A stretch of 56,298 nucleotides of DNA from a virus (Duplodnaviria > Caudoviricetes). The stretch covers positions 1-56,298 of the IMG/VR virus record IMGVR_UViG_3300037861_000279. The stretch is one strand, 5' to 3'. Every line of letters starts with the position of its first letter. Positions within the stretch are counted from its first letter, which is position 1. The notes beneath the pieces were generated by a model, which saw only the letters and a list, made by a program, of their open reading frames with translations, had not been told where the DNA came from and made no database searches. Positions 8,706 to 17,463 of this stretch are shown here, in pieces. Position numbers and translations under genes: made by a program.

Positions 8706-10846
8706 TGGCGCCCTTTGATCCATCAATAATCGCCAATTCGAATGTGCTGTTGATGGGCTTGGATTCTTCCGGAGTCTCTGCAGATCAAACAGATTTCCCT
8801 TTAACCGTTGCCCTCGACACATCAAACCCACTACACAAACCCATCTTCGAGGATCTCGAACCATCAGCCCTTCTACCTGGCGGAGGTCTTCCAGCAAATA
8901 GATGGGAAACTATGTCTTTTGATGGTTCAACCCTGTTTCCAGATATTGGAACAGTAACAGGAGAGATGACTAACACTCATGTAGCCTACGAGGGTCTCGA
9001 CCTCGAGCCATACCTGTTGGGTGCTGACAGTAATCCTCCTGTGTATGTCACCTTCAGTGAGGTTGTACCTTTCAAATCCATAGTAATTAACGTTAGACCT
9101 CGTGTTAATTATAGAGGGTTGTGGATTTTCAACACTCCTACAAACAACAAACGTCTTTACACGGGAAATACCTACTCCGGACAATATAGGAGGCTGATTG
9201 CTGGTGTTACTCCCGTTGACTTTTGGATAGATGACACGAGGTGGTACAAGATAGTAGTAGTTGAAGGATCTGACAGTGACCATCACTGGGTATGGATGGA
9301 TGGCGTTAAATATCCAACGGAAGTGCTAACCAGTTTTTCCGGATTAATAGACAAACTTGGCTATACTGGAACTGACGGAAATACCGACGTTCCTAGCTGG
9401 AAAGATATCCAGATTTATGACTATGCCTTAACTGATGAAATGGTCAGTGATATCTTCACCCCAAGACCTCAATTACGTATAGCTATAACGGATAACCTTG
9501 GACAGCTTCCAGTTGAGGTCGAGTCATGGGTGCCTGCCGGATCTCCGACTGAAAATGCACTCCCCGTTGCTTTTGATCAAAGCTCTATGTTTAATTCCTC
9601 ATATCAAGCCGACAAAATGTTTGATGATGTTGATTTGAGTCATTGGCTTGCGACAAGTAAGGATCTAGAGTGGGCATCTTGGGACTATGGATCTACTATC
9701 GCCAGTCCAGTAGAAATTTACACCCTTAAAAGGCCACAAGATTCCTCATATAGCAGAGCCCCAAAGGACTGGTATTTCCAAGGGAGTCACAACAACATAG
9801 ATTGGGATACCCTTGACACGGTCACTGAGTCAACTGGCTGGGGATGGCTCGAGCAAAGAGCGTTCACCTGTGACGATACGACCACAGCTTATCGATATTA
9901 TAGAATTTATTGTTTGATCAACAATGGAGACAACTCTTACATGTCCATTGGTAAGCTCCAGGCCCTTTCTTCCCCCCCAGGAAAAGCAGTTCTTCACACA
10001 AAAATTCCAAGTTATCCGTCGTCCTCCGATGGAGAAATAAGACTGCTATGGGACAAGAACCAGCCTGGTAACACTGCATACGTCGGGGACACTGGAGATG
10101 CAGCTGCCCAAAATGTTTGGGACGATGGTTTTGTCGCTGTATATCATATGGCTCAAGACCCATCCGGTGGGGTTGGTTCCATACTGGATTCAACAATTAA
10201 TGTGAAGCACGGTACGCCTGGAGGCTCAATGTCCTCCAGTAATCTGGTTAATGGTCCAATAGGTAAAGCGATAGAGCTTGATGGCGTAAACGATTACATA
10301 GCAACAACGTCGCAACCAACTATCGACAACCTGAGTGCTGAGATAATGATGCAATCCACTGCCGGAGGGTTGTCAGCACAGGTAGCAATAGATACAGGCT
10401 GGTGGGCGGCAGACCCGTCGTTTTTTATATACCAGTCCCGCAACCTTGTTGGGGTGAGAACCAATGCCCTGCTTCAAGAAGAGTCAGCCGTATTTATAGA
10501 TGGTATTTGGCAATTGTGTAGCCTTACCTATGATTCCACTAATCTCGTAGTTTACATGGATGGAGTGCAAACTGGATCTACAACTAAGGCAGGAATGGCT
10601 GGTACGACAGAAGAATTTCTGACTATAGGAAAACAAGCTGAGTCCCTTCGCAATTTCTTTAAAGGGATGGTGGCCGAGGTGAGGATATCAAATGTTGCCA
10701 GGTCTGCTGATTGGATTGCATTGACTAACCTGTCTCTGACCGACCAGCTTATTACATGGGCTGAGATCTCCTTTGGAGCATACCTTGGTGCCGCTAAAGT
10801 AACTGCTGCCTATTTAGGCTCAATTCCACTCTCGAGAATATCATGA
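8705..10846 (+). CDS. Receptor-binding/tail fibre protein: DUF2341-like scaffold with LamG/concanavalin-like and discoidin (F5/8)-like domains
   Basis: TDFPLTV, QLPVEVESW and NVWDDGFVAVYHM (DUF2341-like); PKDWYFQGSHN and YRYYRI (discoidin-like); FKGMVAEVRISNVARSADWI (LamG-like). Confidence 0.75.
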   Translation: MAPFDPSIIANSNVLLMGLDSSGVSADQTDFPLTVALDTSNPLHKPIFEDLEPSALLPGGGLPANRWETMSFDGSTLFPDIGTVTGEMTNTHVAYEGLDLEPYLLGADSNPPVYVTFSEVVPFKSIVINVRPRVNYRGLWIFNTPTNNKRLYTGNTYSGQYRRLIAGVTPVDFWIDDTRWYKIVVVEGSDSDHHWVWMDGVKYPTEVLTSFSGLIDKLGYTGTDGNTDVPSWKDIQIYDYALTDEMVSDIFTPRPQLRIAITDNLGQLPVEVESWVPAGSPTENALPVAFDQSSMFNSSYQADKMFDDVDLSHWLATSKDLEWASWDYGSTIASPVEIYTLKRPQDSSYSRAPKDWYFQGSHNNIDWDTLDTVTESTGWGWLEQRAFTCDDTTTAYRYYRIYCLINNGDNSYMSIGKLQALSSPPGKAVLHTKIPSYPSSSDGEIRLLWDKNQPGNTAYVGDTGDAAAQNVWDDGFVAVYHMAQDPSGGVGSILDSTINVKHGTPGGSMSSSNLVNGPIGKAIELDGVNDYIATTSQPTIDNLSAEIMMQSTAGGLSAQVAIDTGWWAADPSFFIYQSRNLVGVRTNALLQEESAVFIDGIWQLCSLTYDSTNLVVYMDGVQTGSTTKAGMAGTTEEFLTIGKQAESLRNFFKGMVAEVRISNVARSADWIALTNLSLTDQLITWAEISFGAYLGAAKVTAAYLGSIPLSRIS

Positions 10847-11634
10847 CGACTTCAGTAGTTCACGATAACAAGATTACGATTAAAGGATTCACAGGTGGCC
10901 CAATAGGTCGTACAGTCTTAGGTATCGGCACCAAGGGTGATAAAGGTGATCTCGGGCCAGATTCAATAGTGCCTGGTCCTAAAGGAGAGGACTCTGTAGT
11001 TCCTGGGCCTAAAGGCGATATCGGACTTACGGGTCTAACCGGAGCATCGGCTGTTGCAGGGAAACTTCCAAACTCTTATTCGGAAGTGGAGACTCCTGTC
11101 GGGACGGTCAGTGCCGTTTTCGAGGACATCCCTGGATCATCTACTACCATCACCCTTGAGGAATCCGTAGAGATCGCCATCATGGCGTCTTTTCAAATGA
11201 GCACTCAATCGGGCGCCTCAGCATCAACAATTGCCATAGCAGTGAACATAGACGGCACAGATCATGAAGAAATCGAAAGATATCTGTCGGGTGTCAACGA
11301 CACTGGTATTGGAGCTATCGTCCATCGATCCGCAGAACTTGCCCCAGGAACCTATACTCTCAAACTCAGATTCAAAAGAGTCTCCGGAGTATCGACCCCA
11401 GGGGTTGACCGTGCAGACATGTTGGTCATGGCCATGCAGGGAGCTAAAGGTGTTGGTACTCCCGCGGGTGGAACTGCAGACCAAGTGCTCACCAAAGCAG
11501 ACTCTGCAGATTACAACTTCCTGTGGAAAACCCCAGGTGACTTTTTCACATATTCTCTCTGGTCCGGAACGCAGGCAGAATATAATGCTCTCGGAACTTA
11601 TGATCCGTCAACCCTTTACCTGATAACAGCATAA
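10843..11634 (+). CDS. Collagen-repeat tail/whisker protein
   Basis: G-X-Y run GTKGDKGDLGP...GPKGDIGLTGLTG; GGTADQVLTK; C-terminal WSGTQAEYNALGTYDPSTLYLI motif typical of phage fibre proteins. Confidence 0.7.
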   Translation: MTTSVVHDNKITIKGFTGGPIGRTVLGIGTKGDKGDLGPDSIVPGPKGEDSVVPGPKGDIGLTGLTGASAVAGKLPNSYSEVETPVGTVSAVFEDIPGSSTTITLEESVEIAIMASFQMSTQSGASASTIAIAVNIDGTDHEEIERYLSGVNDTGIGAIVHRSAELAPGTYTLKLRFKRVSGVSTPGVDRADMLVMAMQGAKGVGTPAGGTADQVLTKADSADYNFLWKTPGDFFTYSLWSGTQAEYNALGTYDPSTLYLITA

Positions 11635-11636
11635 AT

Positions 11637-11852
11637 ATGAACGGAACAATAGGATTCACAGACAAGAACGGCAGGCAAATAAATATTGGGGATTTAGTTA
11701 AATCACCAGGAGGATTTGCTGGGAAGGTAGTCTTTGCCAATGGGGCTTATAGGTATGATGTTACATGTAAATCAGGGGCGTTTTTGAAACACAATTCTTC
11801 TTTATTGTTTTGTGACTCCTGGCAACCCAAAAATTTTGAAGTTGTGATATGA
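11637..11852 (+). CDS. YopX-like protein (C-terminal type)
   Basis: GFTDKNGRQINIGDLV...FEVV pattern. Confidence 0.55.
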   Translation: MNGTIGFTDKNGRQINIGDLVKSPGGFAGKVVFANGAYRYDVTCKSGAFLKHNSSLLFCDSWQPKNFEVVI

Positions 11853-12163
11853 TGAAATTTAGATTGGTTAGTATTCTGGGATTGGTGCTAATCGCTTCAT
11901 TCCTGATTGCTGGAGTGATCCTGACAAATAAATATGATTACGCAACAGGGAAACCTGCAGAGACAGAAGCAAATTTACTTTTAATTGATGAAGAAAGGAC
12001 AGGTGGTGATGGAAATAATAGATATTTTAAAACTAGGCAAGAGTGTTCAAAATCCTGCAACTGTGAAAAAGTGGACGCAGGTAACAAACTACATTATCGG
12101 CATTTTAACGAGTATTATTGTTGGGTACAATCTGATGTTCCCAGCTCACGCAATACCTCCTGA
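11849..12163 (+). CDS. Signal-anchored small protein overlapping the holin-like gene
   Basis: N-terminal hydrophobic helix; ATGA coupling to the upstream gene; 3' half overlaps the next gene. Confidence 0.35.
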   Translation: MMKFRLVSILGLVLIASFLIAGVILTNKYDYATGKPAETEANLLLIDEERTGGDGNNRYFKTRQECSKSCNCEKVDAGNKLHYRHFNEYYCWVQSDVPSSRNTS

Positions 12164-12293
12164 GACTATTGATCCGGCTGCAAAAGTCCTTGGTGGCCTG
12201 GTGATAGCTTTCAACTTGATTATGAATGCGGCAACAAGTGAAAAGATGGGGATCTCTGGAGCTATAAAGCTCAACAAACTAAAGGCAGGGTAA
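12009..12293 (+). CDS. Holin-like two-TM membrane protein
   Basis: AGGTGG RBS before ATG 12009; two hydrophobic segments; basic C-terminus; located after the fibre genes. Confidence 0.55.
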   Translation: MEIIDILKLGKSVQNPATVKKWTQVTNYIIGILTSIIVGYNLMFPAHAIPPETIDPAAKVLGGLVIAFNLIMNAATSEKMGISGAIKLNKLKAG

Positions 12294-12799
12294 TGGCCGA
12301 AGAAGAAGGTAAGAGACCTCCACCTATGTGCAGGTCTACTCCAGACGGGGTTTGTGGTATGCATGAAGTAACAGAGGAAAGAAGGAACTCGGACAGGACC
12401 AGACTGACAGACCTCAAAACTGAATTCACTAATCACAAAAAATCTATTTATCTCAACATATCAGATCTATGCACTTTTAAAAACAGGACTCTTGGTGTTG
12501 GCGTTTTGGCACTCGTCGTCGTTCTGGGTAGTTACACTTTCACGTATCTGCATATACAAAGATCAGATGCAGCAAGTGCAGTGCTAAAAGTAAAAATTGA
12601 GCAGCTAGCTCGAGATACCTTTGGTAACACTACCCAAATGGCTGTACTGGTAGAAAAGGTGGAAACCACCAACAACAGGCTAAAGGAGACTAACGTTACG
12701 ATAAAAGAGCTTCTGGACTTGATGCGATTAGAAAGGCAGGACTCATTTCAACAGCGACAATTCAATGGACAAGAACCTATTTTGAGACAGGGGGGGTAG
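12293..12799 (+). CDS. Single-TM coiled-coil protein (possible lysis accessory)
   Basis: TM segment LGVGVLALVVVLGSYTFTYL followed by a heptad-rich region; TAATG coupling. Confidence 0.55.
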   Translation: MAEEEGKRPPPMCRSTPDGVCGMHEVTEERRNSDRTRLTDLKTEFTNHKKSIYLNISDLCTFKNRTLGVGVLALVVVLGSYTFTYLHIQRSDAASAVLKVKIEQLARDTFGNTTQMAVLVEKVETTNNRLKETNVTIKELLDLMRLERQDSFQQRQFNGQEPILRQGG

Positions 12800-12902
12800 A
12801 GTGAAAAGGCTCATGATATCAATGGTTTTGCTTCTGTTTTCTCTCGTATTGATTAGAAGGTGCAATAAAAGAACTGTTACAATTCACAAATAAAGGGAAA
12901 CG

Positions 12903-12980
12903 ATGATATGTCCGAGATGTGGTAAATACTGTGCGCTGGGTTCGAGCGAGTGTCCTCTCTGTGATTACTGTTTTGATTGA
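12903..12980 (+). CDS. 25-aa zinc-ribbon microprotein (not in ORF track)
   Basis: MICPRCGKYCALGSSECPLCDYCFD; AAGGGA RBS. Confidence 0.5.
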   Translation: MICPRCGKYCALGSSECPLCDYCFD

Positions 12981-13055
12981 GAGTCAAATGTCCTCCAGTC
13001 TGGAGGTTTAACCGATAAGGTCTTGATTTTTTTTAACGCATTAGTAAGGTGATTC

Positions 13056-13146
13056 CTGAGGACCAGATCGCCTTATCCAACGATCACCAGCTCATTCTCC
13101 TACCTCTTCCCCGTCAAGGCTGACCACCTTGACGGGGTATTTTTTT
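13056..13146 (+). ncRNA. Candidate small RNA ending in an intrinsic terminator
   Basis: Non-coding gap; weak upstream promoter TTGATT-N16-TAAGGT (13023-13050); hairpin GATCG/CGATC; anti-SD tract; then terminator. Confidence 0.35.
13109..13146 (+). terminator. Rho-independent terminator
   Basis: CCCCGTCAAGG-CTGACCA-CCTTGACGGGG followed by TATTTTTTT. Confidence 0.9.
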
Positions 13147-13213
13147 GTCCAAAATCCACAGCTACATCCCTCTTCTAGACGATAAATAAATAACAGTAAA
13201 AGATAAAAAGTTA

Positions 13214-13242
13214 TTGTTTTATTTTGCAAGGCGGGATAGGGT
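13214..13242 (+). promoter_or_regulatory. Putative sigma70 promoter for the cro/replication operon
   Basis: TTGTTT-N17-TAGGGT in an AT-rich intergenic region. Confidence 0.35.
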
Positions 13243-13294
13243 GGAATCTCCATACGATAAAACTTTAACACACACCAAGGAGGTGGTAAACAAA

Positions 13295-13504
13295 GTGGCC
13301 AATTACGTTTTCAACAATAACAAAATCGTTCGATTAAGAAAGACTACAGGGCTATCTCGGTACAAGTTCGCACGTTTGGTTAACAGTTCTTCACATGTAA
13401 TTAAAGGATGGGAGGAGGGGACTTCCTTACCATCGATACCGACACTAATTGTCATTTGTAAAAAATTTGATCTCGACATAACTAAACTCTTTTTAAGGAG
13501 ATAA
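13295..13504 (+). CDS. XRE-family HTH regulator (Cro-like)
   Basis: LRKTTGLSRYKFARLVNSSSHVIKGWEEGTSLPS; AAGGAGG upstream of GTG 13295. Confidence 0.85.
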   Translation: MANYVFNNNKIVRLRKTTGLSRYKFARLVNSSSHVIKGWEEGTSLPSIPTLIVICKKFDLDITKLFLRR

Positions 13505-13505
13505 C

Positions 13506-13610
13506 GTGAAAAAAATCATTGGTGACTTCGTGCAGGGAATTCCGACTTTGATTGTTATGTCTATTCTCATTACTGCCTTCATAGTTCAATGGGGAATCGT
13601 CCAGTGGTAA
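13506..13610 (+). CDS. 34-aa single-TM peptide (not in ORF track)
   Basis: TAAGGAG RBS; VKKIIGDFVQGIPTLIVMSILITAFIVQWGIVQW. Confidence 0.5.
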   Translation: MKKIIGDFVQGIPTLIVMSILITAFIVQWGIVQW

Positions 13611-13966
13611 AAAGAGCGTTAAGCGAGGCAGAGGAATCTTTTGCCATATCAATTAGAGCATTTAAGCACCCTGAACCTGTACGAGAATTTGTCTTCCTTC
13701 CGGATCGGAAATTCCGTTTTGACTTCGCCTGGCCTGATCAAATGGTTGCCCTTGAGGTTGAGGGTGGGATATACGGAGGTAAAAAAACTTCCGGAAAAAG
13801 TAGACACACAACGATAGGAGGATTTGAAGGGGATTGTATTAAGTATGCCTTGGCAGCTGCAGCAGGCTGGAGGGTGTATCGGTTTTCATCTGGGCAGGTA
13901 ATGAAAGGCATTGCCCTGTTACATATGGAGAATGAATTTGAGAAATGGAGAACAAATGGAACCTGA
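13589..13966 (+). CDS. PD-(D/E)xK endonuclease (Vsr/DUF559-like, possible resolvase)
   Basis: PVREFVFLPDRKFRFDFAWPDQMVALEVEGG...H...GWRVYRF; the true start may be GTG 13604. Confidence 0.75.
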   Translation: MGNRPVVKRALSEAEESFAISIRAFKHPEPVREFVFLPDRKFRFDFAWPDQMVALEVEGGIYGGKKTSGKSRHTTIGGFEGDCIKYALAAAAGWRVYRFSSGQVMKGIALLHMENEFEKWRTNGT

Positions 13967-14345
13967 TATTAATTACATTGCCAGAGACTTTTCCTCTGTC
14001 TTGCCGGAACTACGGGCAGGAATGTGTGAGCAGGAACTCACTGAAAAGTTGAACGAAGTAACCAAGGCGTGTCTCTCAACTGGCAAGGCCGGATCTGTGA
14101 CCTTAACCTTAAAAATAATCCCTCAGGGAACTGGCCAGGCTATCGTTGGAGACACCATCAAGGCCGTTGTCCCTGAGTTCAGCAAACAGCCTACTATTAT
14201 GTTCATCGACGCTGATTCCAATCTTGTCCGGAAGAATCCAAAGCAGCTGACCTTTGGCGATATCGTGCAGGTAGGAAAAGGTGAAGATGCGGTATCTGTC
14301 AATGAACAGAGCGGTGAAGTTGTCGATATAGGCGAAAATAAATAA
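13956..14345 (+). CDS. YfdP-like prophage protein
   Basis: TGKAGSVTLTLKI...IMF...NLVRKNPKQL; usual partner upstream of DUF2303. Confidence 0.6.
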   Translation: MEPDINYIARDFSSVLPELRAGMCEQELTEKLNEVTKACLSTGKAGSVTLTLKIIPQGTGQAIVGDTIKAVVPEFSKQPTIMFIDADSNLVRKNPKQLTFGDIVQVGKGEDAVSVNEQSGEVVDIGENK

Positions 14346-14392
14346 TAGATTCAGTTGGATTTCTGAAAAAAATCTTAACAGGAGAAGTAAGC

Positions 14393-15268
14393 ATGAAAGA
14401 AATAGGAAGTTTGATCGGTGAAGGCGAAGTTATTGATGTCAAAGGCCTGCTTAAAGCTGGAGCTGCACTGGCTGAAATAAATGAGACGAAAGAAATGCTG
14501 TATGCGATTGTCCCTTCTGATTACAGCTTGGCCGTTCATGATATGGCTAGAAGGAATAGGGATCTTGATGATGAGAAGAAGGTCATTGAAACAGGCAGGC
14601 CACTTCGCCACACAGGTATACAGGCTGTTGCCGATGTAGATTCTTTCCTCTTGATGGTCAAAAGAGAATCTATTCCCGAAACCACCATTATTCATGCGAG
14701 TCTCGATAGCCAAAACTTCATGGCTATAATCAACCACGCATCAGATGGTCAAACTGCAGGACATTCCGACAGGAAGATCAGTCTAACTCTGAAAAAGACT
14801 TCTGAGTTTGTAAGGTGGCAGGCAAATAATCGCAGACGTTTTAACCAGAGAGACCTCGCAGATTTCTTGGAAGAGAACATCGACTCAATCACCGAGCCGG
14901 ATGCTAATGAAATTATAAATATGATCTCCAATCTGAAGGTTAAAAGAACTAGAGATTACCACTCTGTTGTCGACGTTGAATCCGGTAATCAATCAGTAAC
15001 ATTTTCTGATACCGTTAAAGGTGAAGTGGTTAACGGTACCCAAGAGTTCCTTGGTAAGTTCAAGATTGCAGTACCTCCATTCCAAGGGGCAAAAAGATAC
15101 AACGTTGATTGTCGACTTCGTTTTGGGGTAGCAGAAGGCGAACAGATGGTGGTCTACTTTTCTATGCTGAACTTGGATGCTGTTCTTGAGCATGCCTTTG
15201 AGGTTGAGAATGACCTTGTCAGGGAAGCAGTGGCCGAGATGGAGCTTGAGGTAGTCAACGTACCTTAG
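14393..15268 (+). CDS. DUF2303 (YfdQ-like) protein
   Basis: AIINH...GHSD...EFVRW...FNQRDLADFLEEN...FKIAVPPFQG...RLR. Confidence 0.8.
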   Translation: MKEIGSLIGEGEVIDVKGLLKAGAALAEINETKEMLYAIVPSDYSLAVHDMARRNRDLDDEKKVIETGRPLRHTGIQAVADVDSFLLMVKRESIPETTIIHASLDSQNFMAIINHASDGQTAGHSDRKISLTLKKTSEFVRWQANNRRRFNQRDLADFLEENIDSITEPDANEIINMISNLKVKRTRDYHSVVDVESGNQSVTFSDTVKGEVVNGTQEFLGKFKIAVPPFQGAKRYNVDCRLRFGVAEGEQMVVYFSMLNLDAVLEHAFEVENDLVREAVAEMELEVVNVP

Positions 15269-15459
15269 TGGATGATAACTGTCCAACTTCCGGCATCCCA
15301 GTAGAGGACTGTCTTTCCTGCCTTGGAGAAGCCTGTCGTCTTTGTGGTGCTGGTTGTTGGAATCTTTCGGTCACAGACTGTACCCACGATGTTGCAGAAA
15401 GACACCTTGAAAAGGAATATGAGAATGAAAGCAGAGTCAGAAGAATTCGTAATATCTGA
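15268..15459 (+). CDS. Cys-rich small protein
   Basis: Seven Cys (CLSCLGEACRLCGAGC); start overlaps the upstream stop. Confidence 0.5.
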   Translation: MDDNCPTSGIPVEDCLSCLGEACRLCGAGCWNLSVTDCTHDVAERHLEKEYENESRVRRIRNI

Positions 15460-15916
15460 CAGGTCAGAATTGTCAGAGACCTTTAAAGCAATAGAGGATC
15501 GATACGACAAAAATGGCAGGCAGTTTGTCACCGTCAAGAACGACAACACCGATATGCACGGAAGGTTACGTCGACTTTACTTTCATTTTGTTGGTCAGAT
15601 CATTGAAACGACAGGAAACATTAAAGAAGACGAACACTTTAATTACAAATTCAGGTTTCTTATTTCCATATTTACAAGGGACGGGGATGCTCACCCGATG
15701 CACATCGATGTCATCAAAAACATGAAGATAATAAAGCTGCAGCAACCTGAGATGTTCGCATCAATGCGGGACTTAGTTGTCGAAGGTACCCACTTAAAAG
15801 ACGCATCTGAAGAGGAGTTCAGGGAGTACATAAGATCTGTGGAGGACGATGGCATCAAGCTGGGTGTTAGATTTAAACTTTCCAGATACGAACAGGAATT
15901 GTGGGGAGTTAAGTAA
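15419..15916 (+). CDS. NinB/YbcN-like recombination accessory protein
   Basis: RLYFHFVGQI...HFNYKFRFL...EFREYIRSVE...LGV pattern; precedes the HNH gene. Confidence 0.5.
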   Translation: MRMKAESEEFVISDRSELSETFKAIEDRYDKNGRQFVTVKNDNTDMHGRLRRLYFHFVGQIIETTGNIKEDEHFNYKFRFLISIFTRDGDAHPMHIDVIKNMKIIKLQQPEMFASMRDLVVEGTHLKDASEEEFREYIRSVEDDGIKLGVRFKLSRYEQELWGVK

Positions 15917-15920
15917 AATT

Positions 15921-16199
15921 ATGTTCCAGAAAGATAAGCCAATAAAACTTGCCGGAAGAAAATTACAAGAACTTCGTGAGTACATAGCAGAGAGGGATCC
16001 CATTTGCAGAAACTGCGAAGAAAGGCCTTCTGTTGATAGTCATCATGTGATAAAACGAAGTACCTTGAGGCTGGATACCCCAAGAAATATGGTCGGATTA
16101 TGTAGAAAGTGTCACGATTTAATCGAGGCATATAAGATTAAACTTTCTATCAAGGCAGTAGAATTTTTGGAAGAAGAGCCTGAGTTTTTGGGCAAATAA
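15921..16199 (+). CDS. HNH endonuclease
   Basis: RDPICRNC...DSHHV...NMVGLCRKCH. Confidence 0.85.
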   Translation: MFQKDKPIKLAGRKLQELREYIAERDPICRNCEERPSVDSHHVIKRSTLRLDTPRNMVGLCRKCHDLIEAYKIKLSIKAVEFLEEEPEFLGK

Positions 16200-16216
16200 T
16201 AACATTCTGTAGGAGA

Positions 16217-17104
16217 ATGAAAATGGTCGAAGAACGGATTATCACACCTGGGGTCTATGAAGATATCCCATTCAAAGAATATCTAGGAATTGATGTAATT
16301 TCAAAGTCTACATTGTTCAATGTAGCAACAAGCGAATTCTATTATAAATACATGAAGGACGAGAAGGCCAAGGAGGATGTAGCAGCTCCTGAGGCAACTC
16401 ACTTTGTTCTCGGAAGGGCTACTCATACAGCCTGTCTAGAGCCTGAAAAATTTGATGCTCAGTATTGTATCGCTCCTGTCATAAACAAAAGGACTAATCA
16501 AGGAAAGGCCGATTGGGCAAAGTTCGTTGCTAATTGTATCGAGACCGGAGTAAACCCTCTCTCTTCAGAGCAGTACGACCAAGTCAGGGGAATGGGTGAG
16601 GCTGTTGTTAATCACCCTGCAGCCCAAGATATTCTCTGCGAAGGCGTGGCAGAAACCACAATGATTGATTTCGACGAAGATTTCGACTTGCCCAGGAAGT
16701 GTCGAACAGACTGGATTGTTGAAGATCACATCATCGATTTGAAGTCAACAGGAAGAGGTGCCGGCGAACACCAAATGCTTATGCAGATTCTTGAGCTTGG
16801 CTATTACATGCAGGCTGGCATGTACAAAGACATCTCTCTCAGCTTACTACCTCAAAAACCGAGAAGTTTCTCTTTCATATTTGTTGAATCGAAGAAACCT
16901 CATCAGGTCGGTATTTATTACTGTGACGAGAAGATGATGGATCTCGGGTTGAGAATGTATAAAGCCTTGATGACTAAACTTTTGAGGGCTCAAAGTAGTG
17001 ATGTCTGGCCTCATTACAACGACAACCGGATAGTCAAGGCATCTTTCTATCCATGGCAGGTAGCCAAGATAGAAAAAGAGATAGCTGCCATTCTGGAGAA
17101 ATGA
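16217..17104 (+). CDS. RecE/ExoVIII-like PD-(D/E)xK exonuclease (DUF3799-like)
   Basis: ISKSTL, GRATHTACLEP, KCRTDW...IDLKST, GYYMQAGMY, FIFVESK. Confidence 0.85.
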   Translation: MKMVEERIITPGVYEDIPFKEYLGIDVISKSTLFNVATSEFYYKYMKDEKAKEDVAAPEATHFVLGRATHTACLEPEKFDAQYCIAPVINKRTNQGKADWAKFVANCIETGVNPLSSEQYDQVRGMGEAVVNHPAAQDILCEGVAETTMIDFDEDFDLPRKCRTDWIVEDHIIDLKSTGRGAGEHQMLMQILELGYYMQAGMYKDISLSLLPQKPRSFSFIFVESKKPHQVGIYYCDEKMMDLGLRMYKALMTKLLRAQSSDVWPHYNDNRIVKASFYPWQVAKIEKEIAAILEK

Positions 17105-17463
17105 TTATGAACGAAATGGCAGAGACAGTTCTCGTTATCAGCATATCCAATGAGAATGATCCAAATCCTGTTCCTAGTTTCGTAGGAAGAGTGATTCTCG
17201 ATGTGCCAATATTTAGAGAAGGAATCATTAAGAACGCTACTTTCATTTTTGATATAGGCACAATGCCAACACAGGACGAGATCGTCCAGATAGTAGGTGT
17301 CTTTAGGGAAAAGATGGCTGGCGATGAAATTCCAGATTTAAAAGGTGAAGGATATCAAATTGTAGATCTGGAGTCATTCAGGAAAAATGTTGCACAGGTC
17401 AAGAAAGTTAATGTTGAACTTTCTGGTAAACAAATTTTTGAGGTATCGGGAGAACCACAATGA
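17101..17463 (+). CDS. Hypothetical protein
   Basis: ATGA-coupled between the exonuclease and SSAP-like genes. Confidence 0.55.
   Translation: MIMNEMAETVLVISISNENDPNPVPSFVGRVILDVPIFREGIIKNATFIFDIGTMPTQDEIVQIVGVFREKMAGDEIPDLKGEGYQIVDLESFRKNVAQVKKVNVELSGKQIFEVSGEPQ

Noticed and set aside
8705-11634. Diversity-generating retroelement or invertible fibre cassette
   Set aside because: No reverse transcriptase or invertase, and no template/variable repeat pair seen
12790-12796. G7 tract as a phase-variation or frameshift site
   Set aside because: It sits right before the stop and is adequately explained as the RBS for GTG 12801
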